Assembly (NCBI GenBank): GCA_965240325.2
Contig: OZ251226.1
Span: forward strand, 3,468,675 to 3,532,674
DNA from: Rebecca billardiae RCC1528
Taxonomy: Eukaryota; Protista; Haptophyta
DNA length: 64,000 nucleotides
Direction of reading: 5' to 3'
How positions within the stretch are numbered: position 1 is the stretch's first letter; the number at the start of each line of letters is the position of its first letter. The position numbers and the translations under genes were made by a program. Under the pieces are notes generated by a model that searched no databases, had not been told where the DNA came from, and worked only from the letters and a program-made list of their open reading frames with translations. Of the stretch, positions 9,162 to 19,589 are shown one piece after another.

Positions 9162-11327
9162 CTATCCCGACGATCGCCTGGCTGCGAGCCACGAGCCGGC
9201 GGAGAGCGGCGGCGAGCCGTCGGTCGACGTGCGCACGCCCGGAGGGGCCGCGTGCGACGCCGCGAGCAGCGCGGGGGCGCTGCCCCGCTGCGAGGCGGCG
9301 AGGGCCTGCGGCTTGTCGCGCGCGGCCGCGTGGCCGGCGGCGCGCGCGGCGCTGGCGGCCGCGCCCGGCCGCGGCGCGTCGAAGCGCACGCGGCTCCAGC
9401 CGTCCGCGGTGCGCGGCAGCTCGCGGTCGACGTGCAGCGCGTCGAGCCGCGGCAGCGAGAGCAGCGCGCCGAGCTGCGCCGAGCTCAGCCGCACGCCGTA
9501 CAGCGCGAGCGCGCGCAGCTCCGCCATGGCCGCGAGCTGCGCGACCGTGCGCGCGCCGACCGCGGTGCCGGAGAGGTTGAGGCGGCGCAGGCTGGGCTCG
9601 AGCGCGCGCGCGAGCGGCCGCGCGCCCGCGTCGGTGATGCCGCCGTTCTGCGAGAGGTTGAGCGACGTGAGCGGCAGCGCGTGCAGGTGCGGCAGCCCGC
9701 GGTCCGTCACGCCGCCCCCGCAGCACGTGAGCGCCGCGAGCGCGCTCAGCGCGCGCAGCTGGGCCAGCCCCGCGTCGCTGATGCGCGCTCCAAACAGGTC
9801 GAGGGCCGTGAGGCTGCGCGCGCGGGAGAGGGGGCCGAGCGCGGCGTCGCCCACGTGGCGGCAGTCCAAGTTGAGCGTGCGCAGCTCGGGCAGCTGCGCG
9901 AGGTGCGCCGCGTCCGCGCTGCTCGCCCCGCAGAAGGCCGCGTTCAGCTCCCTCAGCCGCACCAGCGCCCCCGCCCAGCGCAGCGAGCACGCCCCCGCCT
10001 CCGTGTCGCCCACGTGCAACGAGGTGAGCGAGACCAGCGCGGAGAGGCGCGCGGCGCCGTGCGCGGAGAGGCGGCACGCCTCGAGGGAGAGCACCTCGAG
10101 GCTCGGCGCGAGCGGCTCGAGCGCCGCCACGCCCGCGTCCGCCACGCCCGTGCACGCCAGGTCGAGGCTGGTGAGCGCCCCCAGCCGTGCGAGCGCGGGC
10201 ATCGCCTCGTCGCCCACGGCCACGGCGCGCAGCTCGAGCGCGCGCAGGGCGGGCCAGCGCGCGGGGGCGAGGTCGAGGCCGCGCGCGCTGACGGCGGTGC
10301 CGCCGAGGCAGAGCCGCTCGAGCCGCGCCAGCCCCTCCAGCCGCTCCAGCCCCGCGTCCCCCACGCCCGTGCGCGTGAGGTCGAGGTCGGTGAGTGCGGG
10401 CAGGGCGGCAGGGCCCTCGCACGCACCGCGCTCGTCCAGCCGCACGCACCAGCCCGCGCGCAGGGTGCGCAGCTCGCGCAGCGGGCGCAGCGCGCCGAGG
10501 TCGGTGAGCCGCGCGCACTTCTCCACCGAGAGCCAGCGCAGCCGCGCCAGCGCGCCCACGTGCGCCAGCGCGCCGTCGTCCAGCGCGCCGCACTCGGCGA
10601 GGTCGAGCGCCGTGAGCGCGTGCGCGTGCGGCAGCAGCGCGCGCGCGCCCGCCGCGCTCAGCTGCACGTGCGCGCGCAGCGAGAGGCGCTCGAGGGCGCG
10701 CACGCGGCCGAGGCGCGCGAGGCCCGCGGCCGAGACCGCCGTGCAGTACGACAGGTCGAGCTCGCGCAGCGCCGCCATCGTGCCGATGTGCGCGAGCGCG
10801 CCGTCGCCGAGCGCGTGGCAGCCGCTCAGCGCCAGCCGCTGCACAGACGAGTGCAGCGCGGCGACGCGCATCCACTCGTCGTCCACGCCGCCGTGCGCGG
10901 AGAGGACGATCTCCTGCAAGTCGCACTCCTGCAAGCCGCAAGCCGCCGGCCGCACGCGCCCGCGCGAGGTGAGCGCCCGCCGGCGCGCGCGCGCGCCGCG
11001 CGCCGCGCGCGCGCGCACCGCGAGCAGGTGGAGCGTGGACTTGAGCAGCCAGCCCTTCTCCGTGAGGTGGGCGAGGAGGCGCTGCGCCAGGCTCGGCGGC
11101 AGGTACAGCTCCTCGTGCAGCTCGACGCTCGCCGCGAGCGTGCGCAGGCACAGCTCGGTGAGCGTGAGCGGCGCGCCCTCGCCCGCCTCGCCCTTGGACG
11201 CGCGGCCGGTGCTCCACGTGCGCTCGAGCGGCGGCGGCTCACGGAGCGCGATCGGACTCGCCGGTAGCGGCCGTGCCGAGAGGGTCTGCACGCCGTCGCC
11301 GCGCGGCGCCGCGCACACGGCTCCCAT
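9162..11327 (-). CDS. Leucine-rich-repeat protein (predicted intron 10929-11018)
   Basis: Many LxxLxLxxC/TxVxDxG repeats; N-terminal MGAVC (possible acylation); an in-frame 90-nt GTGCGC...TTGCAG intron explains a low-complexity insert. Confidence 0.85.
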   Translation of the reverse strand: MGAVCAAPRGDGVQTLSARPLPASPIALREPPPLERTWSTGRASKGEAGEGAPLTLTELCLRTLAASVELHEELYLPPSLAQRLLAHLTEKGWLLKSTLHLLAVRARAARGARARRRALTSRGRVRPAACGLQECDLQEIVLSAHGGVDDEWMRVAALHSSVQRLALSGCHALGDGALAHIGTMAALRELDLSYCTAVSAAGLARLGRVRALERLSLRAHVQLSAAGARALLPHAHALTALDLAECGALDDGALAHVGALARLRWLSVEKCARLTDLGALRPLRELRTLRAGWCVRLDERGACEGPAALPALTDLDLTRTGVGDAGLERLEGLARLERLCLGGTAVSARGLDLAPARWPALRALELRAVAVGDEAMPALARLGALTSLDLACTGVADAGVAALEPLAPSLEVLSLEACRLSAHGAARLSALVSLTSLHVGDTEAGACSLRWAGALVRLRELNAAFCGASSADAAHLAQLPELRTLNLDCRHVGDAALGPLSRARSLTALDLFGARISDAGLAQLRALSALAALTCCGGGVTDRGLPHLHALPLTSLNLSQNGGITDAGARPLARALEPSLRRLNLSGTAVGARTVAQLAAMAELRALALYGVRLSSAQLGALLSLPRLDALHVDRELPRTADGWSRVRFDAPRPGAAASAARAAGHAAARDKPQALAASQRGSAPALLAASHAAPPGVRTSTDGSPPLSAGSWLAARRSSG

Positions 11328-11661
11328 CAAGCCGCGCTCGTCGGCTTCACGCCCGCCCGCCGGCCGAGAATGGATGGTGATGGAGGGGCACAGGCCGCAC
11401 AGCGACCAACGCTTCCCCGCGATCGTTCAGGCTTGTTGTACTACTTTACGTATTATGCTGTCCTTTCATGGTGCAAGTGCAATTGTTCTCAGTCATGTTG
11501 ACGTCAGTAATCAAGGACGCGGGTACAGCCGTTGGCGTCAGAACTCAGAAGCTTTGAGCTTGCCAGTCACGGGTGAGCAGCAGGCTGCCATAGTGATTCG
11601 CGCGCTGAGATGGCAACGGTGTGATGCCTCCGCCAGGACTGTGATACGTCGCCGGGCGCGC

Positions 11662-12513
11662 TCACGAGGAGGATTCGTCTCGCCGCTCGATGCCGAAGAG
11701 CGCGCGCAGCCGCTCGAGCGCGCAGAACATGATCACGGTGTGCGGCGCGAGCCGCACGTACACGCTGCCCCAGCCGCGCAGGAAGCCGAGGGCGCCGCCG
11801 CCGCTGCGGTACACGAGGGCGGCGGCCTCGGCCGCGGGCGCGTTCGAGACGATCATCGTCGTCTTGATGTTGTCCAGCGGCACCGTCGCCGTCGTCGTGA
11901 CCACGCCCGAGATGAGCGCGGCGCCCACGTGCGTGCGCAGCTCGTCCGCGCGCCAGCGCGCGGGGGCTGCGGTCAGCAGCCCCTTCGAGCGGTCGTACGT
12001 GGCGCACTGCGAGGCGGTGAGCACGGCGCAGCGCGCGACCGCCGCGGACGAGCCGCGCCAGAGCGAGAGCACGCCCGCCTCCGCGACGAGCTGGCGCGTC
12101 ACGTGCACCACGCCGCGCGCGGCGCCGGCGGCGGTGTCCGCCTGCTGCGTCGTGCGCACCGTGTCGATCGGCTGGCCGACGAGCGCCGCGAGCGCGCCGG
12201 CGAGCGAGCCGGCGAGCAGCCGCGCGGCGTCGTTCTGGCGGTGCTCCGCGGGCAGCGCGCCCTTCAGCTGGTCGTAGAAGCACAGGCGGCAGCCGCCCTG
12301 CGCGACGGAGCGCGCGAGCCCCGCCTTGATGCCCACGAAGAGGCCCTGCGCGCCCTCGGCGCGCACGATGTCGACGGCGAGCCTGAGCGGCGAGGCCGAG
12401 CCCGCCGGGAGGCACATCTGGCGCACCTTGATCGTCTCGAGCGGGTGCGTCACGCCGTACCCCAGCGCGCACGCGCCGCTCGACGCGACGAACTCGAGCG
12501 CGGCGTCGCGCAT
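11662..12513 (-). CDS. Mitochondrial carrier (SLC25 family, UCP/dicarboxylate-like)
   Basis: Three Px[DE]xx[KR] signatures: HPLETIKVR, QPIDTVRT and VPLDNIKT; also GFLRGW..YVRLAPHTVI. Confidence 0.93.
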   Translation of the reverse strand: MRDAALEFVASSGACALGYGVTHPLETIKVRQMCLPAGSASPLRLAVDIVRAEGAQGLFVGIKAGLARSVAQGGCRLCFYDQLKGALPAEHRQNDAARLLAGSLAGALAALVGQPIDTVRTTQQADTAAGAARGVVHVTRQLVAEAGVLSLWRGSSAAVARCAVLTASQCATYDRSKGLLTAAPARWRADELRTHVGAALISGVVTTTATVPLDNIKTTMIVSNAPAAEAAALVYRSGGGALGFLRGWGSVYVRLAPHTVIMFCALERLRALFGIERRDESSS

Positions 12514-12784
12514 CGGGATGCACCGCGGGTTCTACCCAGCCGGCACTTCACACTCTGATCAACAGTCTGACGTGCGGGTCCGGCCGCGCCGCCGCGCGGT
12601 CCGGTCGTTCCCTAACGGCAGTTCTGCTCTGGCGCAGGGCGGCCCGCTCCCACAGCGACGGGGAGGCGAGCGCGCTCGTCGGGCGCGGCAGGCGCGGGTT
12701 GGCGCGAGGAGCCGCAGCGGGCGCGAGCGCGTCTCTGATCGCGTGCCACCGGCTCGGGCTGCGCCGTAGCGGCGGCCGCGCGCC

Positions 12785-15102
12785 ATGTCCGAGATCAACG
12801 TGATCGTCGAGCGGCTGAACGATGCGCCGTTTCAGCTCGGGCTCAGCCTCGCGTCCTTCGACGAGAAGTCGCCGTTCGAGCTGCTCGAGATCGTGAACAT
12901 GGTGATGGGCTACCTGTCGGACGTGCACCGCGTCGACCTGCGCGACGAGACGCCCGAGCGCACCATCAACCGGATGATGGACTTCCTGCGCCAGCTCAAC
13001 TTCAAGCCGGCGGTCGAGCAGCCCGCGTACCAGCAGGCGCTGCTGCAGGGCGACCCGAACGCGATCTACCCGATGCTGCACTGGATGCTCGTGCGGCTGC
13101 CCGACCTGAAGAAGCGCGCGTACGTCGCGCGCTTCCTCACCCCGTTCGACGTGCCCGAGCACATGTTTGCGGACGAGGAGATTGTGGAGCTGCACACGCA
13201 CCTGCGCGAGCTGCAGGAGGGCTTCAAGGAGGCGCACCGCGGGCTGGACAAGCTGACGCAGGCGATCATCTCGCCGGGCGAGATCAAGCGCGCGATCGTG
13301 CAGATGGAGGAGGACAAGGAGCAGCTCCACGCCAAGATCGACGCGCTCAAGAGCCGGCTGCAGTCGATGGACGGGTACGATGAGCTGCTGGACGCGGTCA
13401 GCAGCCTCAGGCAGGAGCAGGACGAGCAGCAGAGGCTGGGCGCGCGCGTGCGCGAGCAGCGCGCGCACCTGTCGCGCGCGGAGCACCAGGTGGAGCACAT
13501 GGGGCAGGTCGTGCGCGAGGCGCGCGCGCAGGACCTCGACTCCTCCGGCGAGGCGCTGCTCGACGAGCTGCAGCGGGACGTGGCGCGCAGCCGAGCGCTC
13601 TGCGCAGACGAGCTGCCGCGCAAGATCGACACGCAGCGCGCCGCGCTCGCGCAGCTCGAGGGCACGCTGGCCGACGGGCCGGTGACGGAGGAGACGCTGC
13701 GCGAGGCGCGCGCGACGCAGGCGCAGCTCCAGCAGCGCATCCGCCAGCTCGAGGACGAGAAGAACAAGCCCGCGGCGGGCGGCGGCGGCGGCGGCGGCGG
13801 CGGCTCTGACGCGGGTCTGGCCATGTTCAAGCAGCAGGCGGCGCTGATCGCGCGCAAGCACGAGCAGGTGATGGCGCGGCTGAAGGAGCGCACGGACGAG
13901 CGCGAGGCGCTCGAGCGCGAGCTGATGGACAAGATGAGCCAGCTCGAGGCCCTCGCGCCGCAGCAGCGCTCCTCCGCCCTCTCCACCAAGTCTGAGGACT
14001 TCAAGAAGTACGCGTCCAACCTGCGCGGCAAGACGGCGCAGTACAAGAAGCTCAAGGCGCAGCTGGGCGAGCTGCGCGCCGAGTTCGGCGTGCTGCACCG
14101 CACGCACACGCTGCTCAGCGCGCAGGCGAAGGCGGTGGGCGCGAAGCTGCAGCAGGTCGAGGCGGCGAAGGGCGTGCGCGGCTACGCCGAGACCCAGGCC
14201 GGGCTCGAGAAGGCGCGCGCCCTGCGCGCGCCGTGCGCGCCGCCGCGCGCGGCCGCCGCGCCGCCGGCGCGCGCGCTGAGCCGAGCCGCGCGCGGACCGC
14301 GCGCGCGCAGGTGTCCGAGAACAAGGCGGCGGTGGACGAGGCGAAGGGCCAGGCGCTCGAGGAGATCTCGCAGGTGGTGGACGAGATCAACGAGCAGATC
14401 AAGGCGCGCAAGAACAGGCTGGCGCCGCAGATCAAGGAGCTGCGCGCGCTGCGTGCGCGCTACCAGGAGCTCGAGTCGGAGTACCTCGAGAAGAAGGCGA
14501 TCTATGAGAACACGGCGGTGGGGCTGGACGCGGAGCTCTCCAAGCTGCACGAGGAGGTCGCGGCGTACGAGGAGGACATCCACAAGGAGGAGAGCCGGTA
14601 CCACTACCTGCACGCGCTCGGCAGCATCGTCGCCGTCTCCGCCTCGCGCGCCAAGGGCGAGGCGGCGGGCGCGAGCGCCGTGTCTGAGGCGTACAGCGCG
14701 CGGCTGCGGCAGCAGGAGGAGCAGACCAAGGAGCTGCGCGCGCGGCAGAAGGCCGTGAAGGAGAGCCACGACAAGAACGTCGGGCAGCTCACGCTGTACA
14801 AGGACCTGCAGCGGCTGCTCAAGTGCAAGGTGAGAGCGAGCGAGCGAGCGAGGGAGGCGCGCACCGAGCACGCGCGCACGCGCACGGCGCGCACGCTGCG
14901 CGCGCGCGCGGAGCGCTGACTCGGCGGCGCCGCGCCCTGGACTGCCGCGCGCCGCGCTCGCCGCGCGCAGCTCGAGTGCCAGCAGCGCGAGAAGGAGGCG
15001 CGCGAGCACAACGCGCTGATCGGCAGCTCGGACGCGAACGTGTTCACGATGCCGGACGCGAGCACGGGCTACGTGGACATTGACGGCAACGTGCACGCCT
15101 AG
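12785..15102 (+). CDS. IFT81: Intraflagellar transport protein 81 (exons 12785-14212, 14311-14829, 14971-15102)
   Basis: N-terminus IVERLNDAPF..LSLASFDEKSP.ELL; LKKRAYVARFL; FKKYASNLRGKT; KNRLAPQIKELR; DLQRLLKCK. Two predicted introns restore a continuous frame. Confidence 0.93.
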
Positions 15103-15509
15103 ACTGCACGGCCGCCTACGCCCGAGGGGCCCGGCAAAAGGACGTGGACGCGCCGTCGAGCACCCAGCGAGCACCCAGCGCAGCTCATAGCTCTCGCACT
15201 CGCAGCTGACAGCGTCGACCCGCCTGACCGCGATGGGTCGCTCGCGGGCTGGCGCGTGGCCCGCTGGCCGGCTGGGCGGCTGGCGTCGCCTCAGGCTCAG
15301 GCAGCGCGGGCGCGCCTATGCGGCCGGGTTAACAAGGTGGACTGCCGATTGACGACTCAGTTGTACTCAGCTGAGGGTAGAACTGACGTGTGTGCTCGCC
15401 GTCCACGCGTACAAGCTTGCCCCAACCGGGAACTCTGACGATGATAACATTGATGCACGCGCCGCGACTCCCGGAGCATGACCTGACACTGCCACTGTAT
15501 ACTACTAGC

Positions 15510-15670
15510 TACAGTTTACTAAGAATAAGAGACGCACACAGCTCAGGCAGGCGAGATTGACGCCCGCGAGACTGTACTAACAAGTAACAGCTTACAGAAG
15601 TGAGAAGAGACGACGCACATGTACAGTTTACTAAGAATAAGAGACGCACACAGCTCAGGCAGGCGAGATT
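15510..15670. repeat. 49-bp exact direct repeat (15510-15558 and 15622-15670)
   Basis: tacagtttactaagaataagagacgcacacagctcaggcaggcgagatt occurs twice. Confidence 0.9.
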
Positions 15671-15861
15671 ACAGCTCACATCGTGGCGCCTCGCCGGCTC
15701 GCGGGTGACCGCAGCTGACCGGTGTCGAAATCAGACGAGTCTGAAACGTCACAAACGGGCGCGGGTGCAGGGTGCTCATCTCGAGGCGCGCGTTTGCGGG
15801 CGCGACGCCGCGACCTTGCCGCGACCAGGGTCATCGCGGTCGCCTTGCCAAACTGGCCGGC

Positions 15862-16551
15862 ATGGTCGACCTGAAGAGCCGCAAGCAGTGCGAACACACG
15901 AGCTGCACCAAGGAGCCTTCATTCGGCATGCCGGGTGACGCGCGCGCCAGCCGGTGCGCTGCGCACAAGCTGGCTGGCATGGTCGACCTGAAGAGCCGCA
16001 AGTGCGATCACACGGGCTGCACCAAGGGGCCTTCATTCGGCATGCCGGGTGACGCGCGCGCCAGCCGGTGCGCTGCGCACAAGCTGGCTGGCATGGTCGA
16101 CCTGAAGAGCCGCAAGCAGTGCGAACACACGAGCTGCACCAAGGAGCCTTCATTCGGCATGCCGGGTGACGCGCGCGCCAGCCGGTGCGCTGCGCACAAG
16201 CTCCCCGGCATGGTCGACCTGAAGAACCGCAAGTGCGATCACACGGGCTGCACAAAGGAGCCTTCATTCGGCATGCCGGGTGACGCGCGCGCCAGCCGGT
16301 GCGCTGCGCACAAGCTCCCCGGCATGGTCGACCTGAAGAGCCGCAAGTGCGATCACACGGGCTGCACCAAGGGGCCTTCATTCGGCATGCCGGGTGACGC
16401 GCGCGCCAGCCGGTGCGCTGCGCACAAGCTCCCCGGCATGGTCGACCTGAAGAACCGCAAGTGCGATCACACGGGCTGCACCAAGGGGCCTTCATTCGGC
16501 ATGCCGGGTGACGCGCGCGCCAGCCTGTGCGCTACGCACAAGCTGGCCGGC
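15862..16551 (+). repeat. Coding tandem repeat, 6 units of 114/117 bp
   Basis: Unit starts at 15862, 15979, 16093, 16210, 16324 and 16438; units are nearly identical at the nucleotide level. Confidence 0.95.
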
Positions 16552-16800
16552 ATGAAGCGCCTTCGGATTCGTGCGCACAAGCGCGGGCTGCAGCAAGACA
16601 TGAAGAGCCCCAACGAAGTGATGAGCGCCGCCAAGCGACAGCGGAAGCGCACCAGCAGCACAGCCACTGCCCCGGCTGATGTTGTGGCAGCGCGGCGGCC
16701 GCGATCGGCATCGCAGCTGCCGCCGCTGGTCACAGCCAGCGTGGTATCGACGCCGTCGCGTGCACGACCCGTGGTGATGGCCAGGCGGGTGAGGGCCTGA
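15862..16800 (+). CDS. EsV-1-7-like cysteine-rich repeat protein (6 repeats)
   Basis: Repeat MVDLK.RKC.H.GCTK.PSFG.PG..RA.RCAAHKL.G with C-x4-C...C-x2-H spacing, as in EsV-1-7 repeats; basic C-terminal tail (AKRQRKR). Confidence 0.8.
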   Translation: MVDLKSRKQCEHTSCTKEPSFGMPGDARASRCAAHKLAGMVDLKSRKCDHTGCTKGPSFGMPGDARASRCAAHKLAGMVDLKSRKQCEHTSCTKEPSFGMPGDARASRCAAHKLPGMVDLKNRKCDHTGCTKEPSFGMPGDARASRCAAHKLPGMVDLKSRKCDHTGCTKGPSFGMPGDARASRCAAHKLPGMVDLKNRKCDHTGCTKGPSFGMPGDARASLCATHKLAGMKRLRIRAHKRGLQQDMKSPNEVMSAAKRQRKRTSSTATAPADVVAARRPRSASQLPPLVTASVVSTPSRARPVVMARRVRA

Positions 16801-17874
16801 GCAGCGTTCTCACTGATCGGCACAGCTGCGTCATCGTCATTCAGGAGCAACTCCGGCCTGTTTTATTTCTACCAGATTCCATTTACTATATGTCACGGCG
16901 ACAATGGCGGCGGACACCGCCTTGCCCTTGGCGGCCGCCAGTGGAGTGAGTGGGATAATCGGTGTCACGCCCCGTTGGGACTTCAAGGGTGTATCTCTAT
17001 TCTCTCACCGCAGGCCGATGGCGGCCCCCACGTGCGCGAGGAACGCGATTCCTGCACTCCTCAGTGACCGGTGAGTGCAGGAATCCAGTTGCGTCTCTCG
17101 TCCGCCTCGCCATTGTCGCACACGAGGTACACCCAACACCATGGGTCGGATCCTAGAACTCTCCGCGCGCTCGCGCCCGCGCGGCGAAGCACTGGCAGGC
17201 TCATGTTCTGGCATCATCTTGTCCAACTCCAAGACTGCAGCCTGCTAGATGCGCGAGGACGCGTGTGCACGCCTTTCCGCGCGTCATGGGTGCGCGTGGC
17301 ACGCACCTTGTCGTCATCTACGCCGAGGAGGCTTAAGCAACCGGCCCACCAACCTGCCGTGACCACGTTCAAATTCAGGCGGCAAGCTGCATGCGAGCGC
17401 ACGCAACAGAAACATCTCACGCTCGACAAGGAAGTGATGGCGGACCGAGTAGAGCTGGAATCATTTGCAGTCCATCTGTTGTTCAACTATCCTGGTTCAC
17501 CAGCTGACACGGGCGCGACGCAGCCAAGGCAGAGTGCTTGCAGCTTGCAGCGCGCCCGCAACTACTGCGGTCTGCCGCCGCGGCGCGGCGATCGTCACAC
17601 TGCCGTGCGCTGCGAGTGACCTCTGTGTCATGGCGAAGCAAGCGCAGCATGTCTTGGCAACACCTTTCGCTACAGCTCAGCGCCCTAGTACGAACATGCG
17701 CCAACGACGTGCCATCACTACTCCGCAATCGCGCCGGCACCCACCCACCAGCGGGCAAGCCGCAAGCCGCCATTTTACCCGACGACGATTACTGACATTC
17801 GCCGGGTCGCTCGCCGGCCGGCCCGCCCGGCCGTCGGCGTCTCGGCGAGTTTGAGTGCGCCCCACTTGCTCGTG

Positions 17875-19026
17875 ATGCTGCGCGCGCTGTCCCTCGCGGT
17901 GCTGGCGGTGGCCGTGCTCATCGGCGTGGTCTCCGTGGCGAGCCCGCACCTCTTCTTCCTCGTGCCGCGGGTCGGCTTCGTGCTGTGGGCGATGACGGGC
18001 CACGTGATGCCGCCGTTCCTCACGCGCGACATGTGGAAGGGCGACGAGCACCGCACGTGGCTGCGCGACGGCGACCTGGTGGTCTCCGTCGCGGCCAAGT
18101 CGGGCACGACGTGGATGCTGTACTGCACGCACCAGATCCGCACGAAGGGCTCGGACGACTTCGAGTACGTCGACGTGATGTACTCGACGCCGTGGCCGGA
18201 GATGCTGCAGGACCCGACGCACACGTGGGCGGCCACCAAGGAGCTGATGAACACGACGGTGACGCCGGGCGGCAGGCTGCTCAAGGAGTACTGGGACAAC
18301 CCGCGCTTCCCCTTCCGCATCTTCAAGTCGCACGAGGACCCGCTCGAGGCGGGCGGCCACCTGCCGATCCGCGCGCGCCCCGGCGTGCGCTTCCTGGCGA
18401 TGGTGCGCAACCACGCCGACCAGATCGCCTCGTTCGTGCCCTTCTTCGACCAGCACACGGACGAGTTCCGCGCGGTGTGGGGCGGGTTCCCGCCGAAGGC
18501 GTCGGGCGACCCGGTCAAGGACGCCGAGGCGCGGCTGCAGGACGCGCTCCCCTCGGGCGTGCTCGGCCACTACTTTGTGCCGTACGTGCGCGGCTGGTGG
18601 CGCGTGCGGCACGCGCCCAACGTGCTGCTGCTGCACTACGCCGACGCGGTGGCGGACACGCACGGGCTGGTGCGCACGCTCGCGCGCTTCCTCGAGGTGG
18701 AGCTGGACGAGGCGCAGCTGGCCACCGTCGCGCACAAGTGCAGCATGGGCCACATGAAGCAGCACCCGCACTACTTCAACTACACGGCGCCGCTCAACAG
18801 CAAGCAGCGCGCCGGGTACAGCACGATGCGGCCCGGCTCGATGACGCGCAAGGGCGGCACGGGCACGGGCAAGGCGGCGCTGACGGAGGAGCAGCGGGCG
18901 CGCTGGCGGGCGGTCGAGGAGGAGCACTACACCGAGCCCGGCCTGCTCGAGTGGGCGCGCAACGGCGGCGGCGCCATCGGCTCCTTTGGCGAGGCCGGGG
19001 GCGCGCCTGCGCCCGCAGCGGCTTGA
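17875..19026 (+). CDS. PAPS-dependent sulfotransferase (Sulfotransfer_1-like) with N-terminal hydrophobic segment
   Basis: DLVVSVAAKSGTTWM (5'-PSB loop); FKSH; VRN..D...S; NVLLLHY; RKGG.G near the C-terminus. Confidence 0.85.
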   Translation: MLRALSLAVLAVAVLIGVVSVASPHLFFLVPRVGFVLWAMTGHVMPPFLTRDMWKGDEHRTWLRDGDLVVSVAAKSGTTWMLYCTHQIRTKGSDDFEYVDVMYSTPWPEMLQDPTHTWAATKELMNTTVTPGGRLLKEYWDNPRFPFRIFKSHEDPLEAGGHLPIRARPGVRFLAMVRNHADQIASFVPFFDQHTDEFRAVWGGFPPKASGDPVKDAEARLQDALPSGVLGHYFVPYVRGWWRVRHAPNVLLLHYADAVADTHGLVRTLARFLEVELDEAQLATVAHKCSMGHMKQHPHYFNYTAPLNSKQRAGYSTMRPGSMTRKGGTGTGKAALTEEQRARWRAVEEEHYTEPGLLEWARNGGGAIGSFGEAGGAPAPAAA

Positions 19027-19589
19027 CGGCGCTCGCTCGATGGGCCCGCGCCCGGCACCGCCCGGCCCGCTCCGTTGGCGAGGCGGCGACGCGCGCCGGC
19101 CGCGCCGCCCGCCCGGCCGCGGCACCGCCGAGTGCGGGCTGCCAGTGCCAGCACCAGCGTGGGACGCTGTGCTGCCCCGGTTCCGGGTCGAGCCTCGGCA
19201 GACTGAGACGAGAGTCCGAGGTGCGGTCCGACTGGACCGCTCGCGACTCACACGATTCGCCACTCGGACTCGGCACGTCGACTCACGAGTCACGCAGGCC
19301 GCGCAGCGGCGGTCCGGACTGGCCCGGCTGCCGGGCGCGGCCCGCGCCGCGGAGCCCGTCAACCCTGCTACTGCCACGGTGGCGTGGCATCAGTGCAGTC
19401 CCCGTGGCCCGTGTCGGCTCTGCTAAGGTCACTAAGGTGGTCGTCGGAAGAGCCAGTGGCCGACTGGCCCGGACTCATCGCGGCAGTCAGTGTCTCCTTT
19501 GCCGGACAGGCGCTGCGCTCAGGCTGCGAGGGCCGTGCGCCTCGCGCGTGTTCGGACGTGCAGTGCTGCGGCGGACGCGCGCAGGTGCG

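Noticed and set aside
17071-17619. 182-aa ORF downstream of the EsV-1-7 gene
   Set aside because: No recognisable motif, a non-ATG start and no host-like codon bias.
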